Assembly (NCBI GenBank): GCA_973895155.1
Contig: OZ316896.1
Coordinates: forward strand, 13,310,549-13,374,548
From: Marsupella aquatica
Taxonomy: Eukaryota > Plantae > Marchantiophyta
Direction: 5' to 3'
DNA length: 64,000 nt
Shown here: piece by piece, positions 53,201 through 64,000 of the stretch
Numbering within the stretch: position 1 is the first letter of the stretch
How the letters are laid out: each line of letters starts with the position of its first letter
The notes under the pieces: model-generated
What the model saw: only the letters and a program-made list of their open reading frames with translations
Database searches by the model: none
What the model was told of the DNA's origin: nothing
Position numbers and translations under genes: made by a program

Positions 53201-54381
53201 TGTGTATGGAGATCCTGAAGGGCCATCAAGGTGACCTCGCCAGGGGGGCTGGTGTCGTGGGAGAAAGGGCCTGGACAGCACGGCGATATTCACCAGCCTG
53301 GGCTAAACGACAAGAGCGATGAAGGCGTCTATGCTCTGGAGGATGAGTCAGAGTGGCGAGCTGGGTCAAACAAAGCACGAGTAGTAAAGGAACGGGCAGG
53401 CACAGCCGGGAACAAAGCTGAAGCACTCGTCGATGTGTCCGCTGAGGAGTCGGTGCGAGTGAATATCTGTCCGCTGATTTGAGCGTGCTGTTACAACTCC
53501 CGAAGATGGTGGAATGCAAACTGGTCCACTAAATGTGGCAAAAGCCACCCTGTCAGAACTGAAGAAGAAAGGCAACAACCAATCGGAGGAGAAACGTGGC
53601 AATACAGGAATGCTCCAAAGCTGATCAAGGGAAACTGTCACCAAAAATGGAGTCAACCAGAATCGTAATCAGAGCCGAAAGTGGTGGATATGTCACCAAA
53701 AGGACCGCGGTAGGGATAGATGTTGCACTCCCGGACAAGAGCTACCCAAATCACATGAGAATGCCTGATTCCGTGAAAGAGGACCTGCTATAGGACCCCA
53801 AAGCTAATTGGAAGTGAGTACGGTTGAAGTTGAAGGGAAAATGTGAAAGCTAATCAAGTTCCAATTGGGGCAATAAGAGACCAATTGGACCGCTCTTGGG
53901 ATCAATGTGATTCTCCCGAATAAGAGCTATACAAAGCACTTGAGAAATCTGAAATCCGTGAAAGATTGACCAAGATATGACCGTCGAAAGGAAGGCAAAA
54001 ATCGCAAAAAAATGACTGAAAAACGGTGAAAACAAATGTGACCATAAGTATGTCGATACTGCACCGTTTTTGACTTGTTTTATATCGATTTGATGCACCT
54101 CGGCAAGAGCAAGCTAATGCAACTGAGAAAACTGGATTCCAAGAAAAATTGAGTACGGGAGGGTAGTCAAAGTGGCACGAAAACTGTGCTACAATCTGAA
54201 CTCCATAGCCAGGAGCTCAAAGACCTAAGACCGAAGAGCCCACTAATGATTCAAGCCCACTAACTGGCTAGTGAGTTAAGATGAGACAAGTGTCAAGGTA
54301 TAAAAATGATACTTGTGCCGTTGGAGGACAATGCAAGTGTCAAGTTTCTATCACTCAAAGTGGATTCCAGCACCTCCAATC
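50250..54381 (-). mobile_element. Decayed non-LTR retrotransposon, CRE clade (RT plus restriction-like endonuclease)
   Basis: RT motifs RPIAIGEVVLRL, QFAVGVPGSCE, QVDVSNAFNTVSR, GTRQGDPLGGPLF, a degenerate YxDD (SLSDV) and VLGSPVG (51988-53229). Then RLCMGLP..CTCG..D..G.HLLRC zinc knuckle and RLE motifs (R..D...ADVVV.NP...KEAKY...FLPLALEIFG...RQRISVTLQR). Many frameshifts. The boundaries come from a degenerate possible TSD and are approximate. Confidence 0.85.
50754..51060. mobile_element. 307-bp non-autonomous DNA transposon (MITE) nested in the CRE endonuclease domain
   Basis: TIRs ctcgggggcctca / tgaggaccccggg match at 11 of 13 positions; the TSD aaatatct(c) is at 50746 and 51061. Removing the element restores LPLALEIFGRLH. 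Confidence 0.85.
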
Positions 54382-54452
54382 CAACCTGGTTTTGTTTATT
54401 AGATACATTAAATACCATTTTTTTTGGTTCATTGTAAATAGCTGTTATTTGC

Positions 54453-54691
54453 TTTTATGGGTTTAAGGGGGTTATTGGTTTTTATGCGTTTAAGGGGTTA
54501 TTGGTTTTTATGGGTTTAAGGGGGTCATTGGTTTTTATGCATTTAAAGGGGTTATTGGTTTTTATGGGTTTAAGGGGGTCATTGGTTTTTATGCATTTAA
54601 AGGGGTCATTGGTTTTTATGGGTTGAAGGGGGTTATTGGTTTTTATGGATTGAAGTGGTTATTGGTTTTTATGGGTTTAAAGGGTTTAGGC
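54453..54691. repeat. About 26-bp G/T-rich minisatellite with telomere-like composition, about 8-9 copies
   Basis: ttttatgggtttaagggggttattggt units ending in gggtttaaagggtttaggg. Confidence 0.88.
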
Positions 54692-56954
54692 TGTTGGGAT
54701 TAAATTGGTCCTCCCATGAGGGAAGTGTATTGCGGAGCCTTTGGAGTATCTAAGATCAATGTCAATTGTACTCTAATCAGCAGCAAAAGCTGACTAGAGC
54801 GGGGATCACATGTAATCTTGGCCTAATGCCAAGTGGGATGAGATAAGTTACTAGGCGCACTGACGAGTTTAAGTACCTTGTGAAACTGAGCTGAAATTGC
54901 CTGAACTTAGGGTCTTTTCCTTAAAGCTCTCTTAGGCAGCGACTCCCGTCCCGGACACGGTATAGCACTATACTATACAATCTATCGTTGTTGGGTGTTA
55001 TCCACTAAGCCACCGCACGATACGATATGATGCAATAAATATGAGGTTACGATAATTACGACCGGAAATGAATGCGTACAGGTTTAGGGTGGGCTCCAAA
55101 TAACAGGGGTAGTGCTCCACCTCAAAGATTTTATTCAATTCATTTTATTACGGACCCCACTAGAGGTCCCTTCCAAAATTCCTGGCACCAGAGAATGCCA
55201 TGTCAACAATAACCGCAACAAACAAGACTTGTCAGTTTTGTGAATCAAACTTACAATTTTCATTTGTGTTTGCGTCAATTTGCGTGTAAATTTTGGGACA
55301 CCATACCGTAAAAAGAAAATTAAAAAAATTAAAAATGCAAAACAAAAGACGGTTAAAACTGTCACTGTGTAACCGTTTTAGTTACATTTCCAATTTTAAA
55401 ACTTGAATTCAAAGATTTTTAAAAAATATTTTTCATATAATAAATAATGGCTAATAACTAACTTAATAACTTATTTGTTAAACCGCAACTCCCGGTGTAT
55501 AAGGACCTCTTGTATTGTACGGCCATTAATGCTAGGAAGAGCACATAGAAACCCAGGATCGGGGAGGAGGAATGGCTGGAATATTGAAAGTTCACCGAAT
55601 TTTACACTCAAAACTATTTACTCATTCTCAAAACAAAAAAATACCCAGTCGTAGATCTCATTGAGATCTTTCTTTTGCACCCTAGATCGCCTTCTAACAT
55701 GGATGAATAAGATTTCTAGAGGCATTACAAAATGGACGGCAAAGATTGTAAAATCAACAAAATCCACGGCTAGGAAGGATTGGATTTGTTTTATTTTTCA
55801 TTTGAAAAATATGAACCCATTTACAAAACGGACAGAACCCATCCATAGATCTCTTTGAGATCTTTCTTTTGAGCCATAGATTGGCTATTATGATGGACAG
55901 ACAAGATTTCCGGAGACAAGAAATGGAGACGGCCCAGATCGACCCTTCCCCCTGAAATTCAAATTTTCAAATTCGGCCAATCAGATTGCCCCGTTTGTTT
56001 TTTTGTTATTTCTCACAAAATATCCAACCATTTTGCCTGCTTTTTATCACAGACGTAGATCTCAACGAGACCTACAATTTGAGCCATAGAACTGATCTGA
56101 TGGTTGATAGTAAGCGATGCTTTCAATGCAAATCTAACAATTGAAGGGAGGCGCTATTGTGCTGCCCGCTGTTTTAAGTGTTGGATGCACTTGGGAATGA
56201 GGACTCCGGGTAACCTGGAGCCCCTTATACCCGTATTTGTGGTTTAAAGGGTAATTGGCACCTGGAGTAAGATTTTTGGCCCTTTGTAATTAAGATAAAC
56301 TGCTAGCCATGATCCCAACTTGAACTCAACCAACCAATACAATTCATTTGATCACACATTCATCTAATTGCAAATAGACTTTTCACAAATTGAATTCTAA
56401 CTCTAGTAGCTTGAGAATGTGACTCATGTAAGTAAAGAAAAGGCCTGATTTTGACAATTGCTTGTGATAAGTGTCAATTAGCCAAGGGTCCACTAACTAA
56501 TTTAACAGGTGTCTTGCATTGTAGGGCCCCTTTTGCTCCCAATTGGACTTCCTGATTCCTGCAATTTCGCGGGCCCACTCTGCCGTGACATAATCCAAAC
56601 TCCAAAGCTATGGACGACACCGTTTGCTTTGCTGCCATTCTGACCAATGCTGTCTCTTGCCTCGCTCTCTCTCTTTCGACATTGCCGCTCGTTGAAGCTA
56701 CACGCCCACCAGGCAATTCCCTCTCGCAAACGCAACATTCCTCTCCTCACGAAATCGCAGCCCAAAACCCAACAATCCTCTTCAGGACATCGCTGACCGC
56801 ATGTGCGCAGAACTGAGTTCCTCCAGAGCCGAATGAGATCGGAAGATGTCTCACGACATTCACTGAAGGTCGCGTCCACGGTCCCCCAACGAAACGCTCA
56901 CAATGCTCCCTTTGCTCCACATGGCCGCAGCAACGTGAATTGAATTGAAGTGTT

Positions 56955-56984
56955 GAGTGGAGTGGAGTGGAGTGGAGTGGAGTG
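56955..56984. repeat. (GAGTG)n microsatellite upstream of the DUF1997 gene
   Basis: gagtggagtggagtggagtggagtggagtg. Confidence 0.9.
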
Positions 56985-57301
56985 CTGGACAAGACCTGAG
57001 CAGCTGATGTCTAGCAAGGGAGTGTCCCGTCCTCCCATGTTGTGTGGCGTCTTCAATCACGTCGCCGAATCGGTTAACTTGACTGTCGTTTCCATGGAAC
57101 TCAGGAACACATCTTGGCGCCGATTCTCGGGCAACCTGTTTCCCTTGGGGTGATGAATTTGCGCAATGGGACATCCCCAGGGATGACCGACTGTTCCATA
57201 CGATAGATAGACAATTGCCTTTCGAATTTCGTACTTTGCTGGATACGACGGTGAATTTCGTGCAGCTGGATTGATTGAGGATCTGGAGGTGGGCGAGGAG
57301 A

Positions 57302-58231
57302 ATGGCGGCACTGGCGGTACCGTGTTGCTCTGCTGCTACCGCTGCCGCTGCCTCTGCTCGTATGAGGGGCAATGGTGTTGGAGAATGGGAGAAGCAGAAC
57401 GTCTTGGCATCGGTAGCACACAGGTATGATCTCCTGCGATCTTCAACAATTAGGTCAATCCCCGTCAGTAGTGTAAGCAGCAGGTGTCCTCTTAGCGGAC
57501 AGACCTGGGAGCGGTCGTGGCGTCCCTGTGCTGTTCGAATGGAGAGCAGTATGACCACAGAGACGACGAAGACGAAGAAAAAGAAAAAGATGGCCAAGCT
57601 GTATGTGGAGAAGAGACAGACTCTCCCGTTGCCTACATTCGCGGACGCATCGGGGAATCCTCAGCATTTGCGAGTCTTTCTTCGTGAGCCGGAAGGAATG
57701 AAGTGTATGCTCAACACCAAGGTCTTGAGGAGATATGAAGATGTTGGCGATGGCGTCTTCAAGTGCTACTTGCCGATGATGGAGTTTTTGAGTATCGAGG
57801 TAGCCCCTGTTATAGAGCTCCAAGTCGATGCCAGAGAGGAAAGCTGTCAAGTTGATCTGCTCTCCTGCAAGTTTGAGGGCTCGGACCTGATTCGCGGCCA
57901 GAATGAGCGTTTCTCAGCAAGCATGAAGAATCACTTGACATGGAGCAGCAGCACGGAGCAAGAGGAGGAGGAGCATCTGCACTTGCGGGTCGAGATTAAT
58001 GTAGCATTGGAGGTGTACACATTGCCTTTCACGTTGCTGCCGATCTCTGCAGTGGAGTCGCCAGGCAAGTTGGTCCTCCAGGCGTTGGTAGACAGGCTCA
58101 TCCCTCTGTTTGTGGATCAGTTGTTTGTGGACTATAAAACTTGGGCTCAAGCTCAAAATTCAGCAGCCGTTGGTGATCTCTCTACCGGCGGACAAGAACA
58201 AATGGAGGTTAATGGCAGCTCCCGTGATTAA
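57302..58231 (+). CDS. DUF1997 family protein (SRPBCC-like), probable plastid transit peptide, intronless, 309 aa
   Basis: Ala/Ser/Arg-rich N-terminus, then FLREPEG...MLN...Y...GDGVFKCYLP...FL.IEVAPVIEL.V...V.LLSCKFEGS....QNERFSASMKN.LTW...LPFTLLPISAVESPG..VLQALVDRLIPLF..QL..DY..W, matching remembered DUF1997 proteins. Confidence 0.85.
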   Translation: MAALAVPCCSAATAAAASARMRGNGVGEWEKQNVLASVAHRYDLLRSSTIRSIPVSSVSSRCPLSGQTWERSWRPCAVRMESSMTTETTKTKKKKKMAKLYVEKRQTLPLPTFADASGNPQHLRVFLREPEGMKCMLNTKVLRRYEDVGDGVFKCYLPMMEFLSIEVAPVIELQVDAREESCQVDLLSCKFEGSDLIRGQNERFSASMKNHLTWSSSTEQEEEEHLHLRVEINVALEVYTLPFTLLPISAVESPGKLVLQALVDRLIPLFVDQLFVDYKTWAQAQNSAAVGDLSTGGQEQMEVNGSSRD

Positions 58232-60805
58232 GAAAGAAGCCAATTTCAGCCTTTTGAATATCTGCCGTAGAAAGCAAAGCTCCAAAGGATGGAAGGGCGT
58301 TGCTGCTAACGATGTTTGAAATGACAATTGCCCAAACCCGGCCTCGTTGGATCAAATGTGTACAGTAAAGACTTGTAGATTAAATTAATTCACAGACGTC
58401 ATGCAGCAGTTGCATCCTCCTAGTCTGAGAAAATGTTTGGTCTTGATCTGTGAGAAGTAGGCCTCCGTGACAAATATGAATTCCTCATTTACCAGGAGTA
58501 AGCGGCAACAATTATATGCACAGCTGTCTCCAATGTCAGATTTTTGGATTCTTAATTAATCAGAAGTAGTCTCAGGCGACAATTCTACGAAATTCTATCC
58601 CTGAATGTGAAAACTATAGAGAGCTTCATTTTTCAGAAGTAGTGCTGATGATAGATCTATGAAAAACACAATCTCTAGATGTGAAAACTACATATTCTTC
58701 AGACGTCAGAAGTAGGCTTGGCTGACAATGCAGAGCAATGCAATCTCTGAACGCTGAGAGGCAAAGATTCTTCGTCCATCAAAAGCAAGGCTAGGTGGCA
58801 ATTGATGAATCTCTCGTGATCTCTGAATGTGAGGAAATTTGAAGTTTTCATTCATCAGATGTAGGCCTAGGCCTAGGCTGCGGTGCAGTATAGTCCTGTC
58901 AACTTCCGCAAATTTTCATAAAATATGAGAAGAAAGAAGTGCACATGAAGATCGCTTTCCATCAATGAGCTGTTCATGGTGATGGGAAATCTGAATGTCT
59001 TAGGTGGTGAGCCTGGTCTCTGTGCTTGCTATGTGTTCCTGAATCTTGTTGACTGAATTTTTCCTGGGAGGAATGCTTATAGTCCAGTAAGCGACACATC
59101 TCATGAGCATGAAACGCTAACTGAACCCACACGTGGAGGACATTTTCACACCTGTGGGTTCAGTTAGCGTTTTTTGCAATTGCAACTGCTGAAGCGGCAC
59201 TTTCTACTTTGAACGCATGCCAAGGTTGCTTAATGTCTGTCTGAATGACGAAGTTATGCGTTGATTGTTGTGGCACGCACAGAAGTTTTGGGTGCTGCAA
59301 TTCTCCCTTAATACTAGGGAATGGTTCTCTACAGCTAGGTGTCAAAGGTAGTTTCGATTATCTAATGCCACTTTGGTAAGACTGATACAAAGCTTGAAGG
59401 AGCCTTGTCAGTATTTAGTTTCAATTATCTACTGCCAATTTTGTGAAACTTGTATAAATTTTTAAGGAGCTTTGTCATTATTTATATATGATACATGCAC
59501 AGGAAAGCCAATCTCCTTCTTTAGACACGCAGGTCACTCTTGTTTTCGCTTAATCGTGCAGAATTTTTGCCGGTGAACGCACCTATAAACCATAAGGCTT
59601 GACCAGTCCGCGATCTCGGAGGGACAAGCCATGTCCACGATGTTGGAGGGACAAGCCATTGTAAGACGTGCTGAGACGACAATGCCAACTAGTACCGCCT
59701 TTCCCATCTACCTGACCAAAAGGATGGAATCAGACTGCACGTGAGTCAGCTAACGATTTCGAAGAATACTAACTAGATGCAGTTCCAGTTGGTGCATGAT
59801 CACCCCTGGAGGTTTCTACATGATATAGAATTCCAGATACGTTTTGCAGCGTTGAAGTGTCATAAGTTCTGTCCACATCGGGAAGCCTGCACGGGCCATC
59901 GACAAGTCTCGACTTCAGATAAATCTACCTACAAAACCGGTCAATATTTCCCATCAAGCATGGTATAAATCCCCCTTAATACGATGTCCGGTGAGCATAC
60001 TTAAATTTCCAGAGTTTATTCCAGACCATTGCTTGAGACTCGTAGAGGAAGTCTCTCAACCACGTTTGATCGTTTGAGGGGCTTAACATGTCACCCTCTA
60101 CAATCACCTATAACTCATGTGAATGATGCAAAATCTTCCTGATTTCATATCGTGCCATGGAGTACAAAAGTATCTACTATGGAAGTGTCACTCCTTTATA
60201 CCGACAGGACGAGAAATTTGCTTCATGATGGATGGTCACCAAAATTATGTCATCGTGGGGATTTAATGGTGTCTTAAAGCCCTCCGGAGATTTCTCATTT
60301 GTAATGACTTAATTTTAGTTTTCGTCATGAGATGGATCTCTGACGAGTGTTATCACGAATGTACTGATCGAAAGTTTGGAGAAGATTATGACTTCTAGAA
60401 CTCAAATGACCTTCAGCCTGTCCAGGATAAGAGCAGAAGTTCATTCACCAACTTGTGCACACAGCCAGTAGGTGACCTATGAAGAAATCGCGTATAATTA
60501 GCTGACCTGACCCTCGACCAAACCAGGACCGCCAGCAGAAAAAGACACCCAAATCCCCTACGTTCACAATCTGTACCAGAGGAATGTGCTAAGACTAATT
60601 AATTAGTTGAAACTGCGTCTTCTGTCACTAATCAGTGCCGGGTACAGAAGTCTCTGGCATCAACGACAGCCCTGAAATCTGTGAGATCTAATTGGGACCA
60701 GGGAAGGTTGATCTCGGCTCAGCAAGTTTGAACGCTGGGTTTGCCAAACTGGAGAAAAACGAGAGATGTCCCCTCGGTTTACCCAAGTTGTCAGCTGAAA
60801 CACGA

Positions 60806-60896
60806 TATCCAGGGTGAAGTATGCATTCTCTGTGGGTCTCTTCGACTAGGAATCCAGGGTGACGTATGCATTCTCTGTGGGTCTCTTCCACTAGGA
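60806..60896. repeat. About 46-bp tandem duplication
   Basis: atccagggtga.gtatgcattctctgtgggtctcttc.actagga occurs twice. Confidence 0.8.
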
Positions 60897-61493
60897 GCAG
60901 GTATGTCGCAAAGCCCAGCAGGTGTTACAGAGAAGCGGCAGTACCAAGTAGTTCCTCGTGCGCGATGGTATCGGTGAATCATAGAAGAAAACGAGACTAC
61001 GCTTAGGGTTGGGATGATAAATAAATCGAGTTTTCATGCCTCCTCCATACAAAGGTATAGGAGCGGAGGATGCAACTTACAAATTGCTTGCGAAAGGAAA
61101 GAGATCTCACGCAGATCGACCCTTCAGTGAGGTTTTTGTTAGCTAGGCAGAATTCTGGCTACCCTCATCACAGCTTTAGACGACACTACAGCAGCTGGAA
61201 AGAGGCCAGTATCTTCCTCTCAACTTCGAATTTTCACGGTATTGAAAGTGCAAACTCTCGTCAGCTATCGCAAATCTATGTTACAGGCTAAGCAAAATCC
61301 TTTTGACTCTAGCTATACATCTGGTTGACTGATCACCAAGAGACATCTTCCGAGTGAGAAGATCTGTGACATCTTCTGAGGAAGAAGAATAAAATAAGAA
61401 GACCTGAAAATAGTTACTAGAAGAGACTCGCAGTGTGACTATGAGCTTGCTATACTTGTCAGTCACTCCATGGGGTCTGCGCTAACAATTGAA

Positions 61494-64000
61494 TTAGTGA
61501 GGCGAGTGCATTAAATTGCAAGGGGAATTTTGCATTCTAATGCGAATGCGACTGGACCTTCGCACCGGGGTGAGCTGCACTCGCTCCCTGGGTGTTCCCT
61601 GCACAGTGGATCACATGTCATGTGTCAGTTCGATGATCCGATTGATACAATTCAAAAATTCACGGCATTGATCGAGTGATATCGATTCATTGCAAAATGG
61701 GTCGACCAGAAGGGTCTAGAATAATAATTTTACCTCATTGTGCACAACGGGGACGAGAGTTGTAAACAGGCCCAGAGAAGATTCCTCCGGTACCTGCACG
61801 GTCGGACTTTGCAATGTGTCTCCAACGTCGGCCGACTGCTTCAAAGATTTCTCGAACGAGTCTGTGACCATGCCTTTTCCAAGCAATCGATCTGGAGTTC
61901 CGCCAGTAACCGGGTACGGTGTCGAAATTTGCCGAACTTGGTCAAATGAGAGGTGCACTGCCAAGGATTGGTCTTCAGCCAAGAATTCGCTTCCCGGGCT
62001 CCCCTCGATCGGGTAAAAGTCGGCGGTTTCTACAAATTGAGGCTCCACGGACGACTTTGAAAATGTCCGCGCTGCAGCTGACGCTTTCACAGTGGCTGCC
62101 GGACTGGTGCTCCCAGGACGAGCATACGTCTGAAACGCGAGCACAGCCACACCCGCAGCGAGAAGCAACGAAGCGAAAATTGCTGCAGTGGTCCTGAAAC
62201 CCGGCGCCTGCCTTATGAGCTCGTCTTTGAACAACCAGCGAGGACCCGCTGGCTTTGTCGCGAGTGCCATTGATGAATCGACGTCATTTTCCTCCGGGCT
62301 GGATAAAAGTGGAACAGTTTCTTCCCGGCTGTCTCCCTGCAAACTTTCTTGGAATGGAAGTGAACGAGCTTCTTGACTCAAACCCGGCTCGAGAAGCTGG
62401 GGCTTGTCCTCCGTTACGCGAGCAGCTGGCTCAACCTCCTCTGATAAATCATGATACAATTGAATTCCCTCCACACCTTGAGACACAGGGGTCTGTTCCC
62501 CTAAAGGTGACGACAAAGGTTCAACTTCTACAATTGCATCTGAGGCATTCTCAACTGCAATATCAACAACTTCGCTAGTGCTGCCAAGTTTGGTCACCAC
62601 GTCACTACTCACGTCAATTGCTTGATCATCATTTTGGACCGATTTTACAGCATTCAGCTCTTGAAGAGTGATCTCCTGTTCACTTTGCTCAGAAAGGTTT
62701 AAAGTGGGCTCAATGTCTTGAGAGGGTTTAGAGATTGGTATGTCTGCAACTCTGCCCCGAGCTGCTCGAAGGATAACATGCTCGTCAGCAGGCCTTGCGG
62801 AGGACAGCGGGCACTGGCTTGCGTTCCTGCCTTCTATGGTGCTATCCAAGGGTCCTTCCACTATCTGCTTAGTAGAAGGATGTCCGAAATACAAGTTCAC
62901 CAGCGATGTCCAAACGGATTTAACTTCCCATGAGTCCACCCTGGCCATGATATTCTCGTATGCCTCAACGGGGTCGAACATGTCATGAGGCACTACAAAA
63001 TCGTAGTCAGGAACCCAGTCCCACTCGTTCACCTCCTCCTGACCATTACGTGAGCGGTAAATATTCATTTCTCCCTCCAGTGATGTTTTGAGGTTGGCAT
63101 ATGATTCCTTCATGAATCGTCCGAACTTTGCGCTGTAATCCACACAGAATGACAAGACGACTTTGCCATTATCCACTACCTTGATGAGGTCTACATGGGA
63201 TTGTATGAGAGAATAGACATTCACCCAGCCAACCCGTACAACGTCAGGACAAGAAAGAGAAAAATCCCTCCCAAGGTGTGGTTTTTCGGCCCACAATCCC
63301 TCGGTAGTTTGAAGGAACTGACGAATCGGTTCGGTGACCTTGCTTGCCTTCCAGACACGAGAGATGTAGGTTTGATGAAGAGATGTGGGAAGAAGAGCCG
63401 GACTTCCAGAGGCGACGACGAGTAGTGCAACGAAAGCAAAAATAGAAACGATGCCACACGCATTGTAACCCCAGGTAGTCGAGCTATTATCGTCCCAATC
63501 TTCAGCGTCTTCTTCGTCAAGATGTTCCTCCGCTTCTCCCTTGCGATAATCGAATTTCGAGTCGGTGGAAAGAACATCCAAGCCAGAAGCAGTATCTGTC
63601 TCTGGAGCAGGTGTCATACTGGAAATTCTGCTCTGCTGCTGCTCGGGTTCTTCTCTATAACTTAATTGAACGATTTCACCATTTCCCTGTTCAGTATCAG
63701 TGTCCGACTTGAACAGCTCGTTAGAAGACATTTTGCAACGAGGTGATGGGCTTTCTAGAGACGACGATGATGATGTGAGAGAACGCACATCATGTTGAGA
63801 GACATCTTGAGATTCACTCTCGCCGAGCTCCTTCTCTTCCACATCTTTCTCAGATCCCATTCTCGACGAGTCCGCATCGGTTGCGGGCGATTCCAGGTCT
63901 AAATCGCCGAGCGTCCCTTCTGCACTTTTGCGAAGAAGCTCTAGTCGTCGCAGTGGTTTGTAGCGGAGAAATTGCGGTCTTGGCGAGAGGAAGTTGTTCT
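61494..64000 (-). CDS. Plant-specific acidic transmembrane protein (At1g16630/At2g16270-like family), 5' end outside window
   Basis: The frame is open from the window edge (NNFLSPRPQFLRYKP) to donor GAG|GTAAAA at 61734, followed by intron 61733-61599 and last exon 61598-61494 (GTPRERVQLTPVRRSSRIR...stop). Two TM segments (GIVSIFAFVALLVVA; AAIFASLLLAAGVAVLAF) and an SSLGLFTT motif match the remembered family pattern. Confidence 0.85.

Noticed and set aside
48738-56210. One large DNA transposon bounded by the two CCCGG..TCCTCA-like ends
   Set aside because: The flanks share no target-site duplication.
56474-57850. Minus-strand ORFs (245 aa and others) overlapping the DUF1997 gene
   Set aside because: Antisense shadows of a GC-rich coding region and its UTR microsatellites.

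Overview
Eukaryotic land-plant nuclear DNA. Intron style, gene content and transposon types suggest a bryophyte or other early-diverging lineage, but that is inference. The first 17.2 kb hold most of a multi-exon TOR kinase gene: 37 exons traced by hand, with the 5' end outside the window, one GC-AG intron, and one 2.2-kb exon covering FAT-end, FRB and kinase. Downstream are a decayed MULE transposon with long TIRs, a spliced TP-rich basic disordered protein gene, and two divergent S-protein-homologue (SPH) secreted peptide genes. Further along lie a solo LTR, a C/G-skewed foldback-like repeat and an intronless tandem pseudo-GTPase/GTPase (AIG1/GIMAP-like) ORF broken by a 1-bp homopolymer deletion. 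The last third contains a decayed CRE-clade non-LTR retrotransposon with a nested MITE next to a telomere-like minisatellite, an intronless DUF1997 gene, and the 3' part of a plant transmembrane protein gene (SPRPQFL / TPVRRSSRIR family). The best candidates for novelty are the dual GTPase, the block intron loss in TOR, the five-cysteine SPH pair and the TP-biased protein. All family calls come from motif recognition, not database searches.
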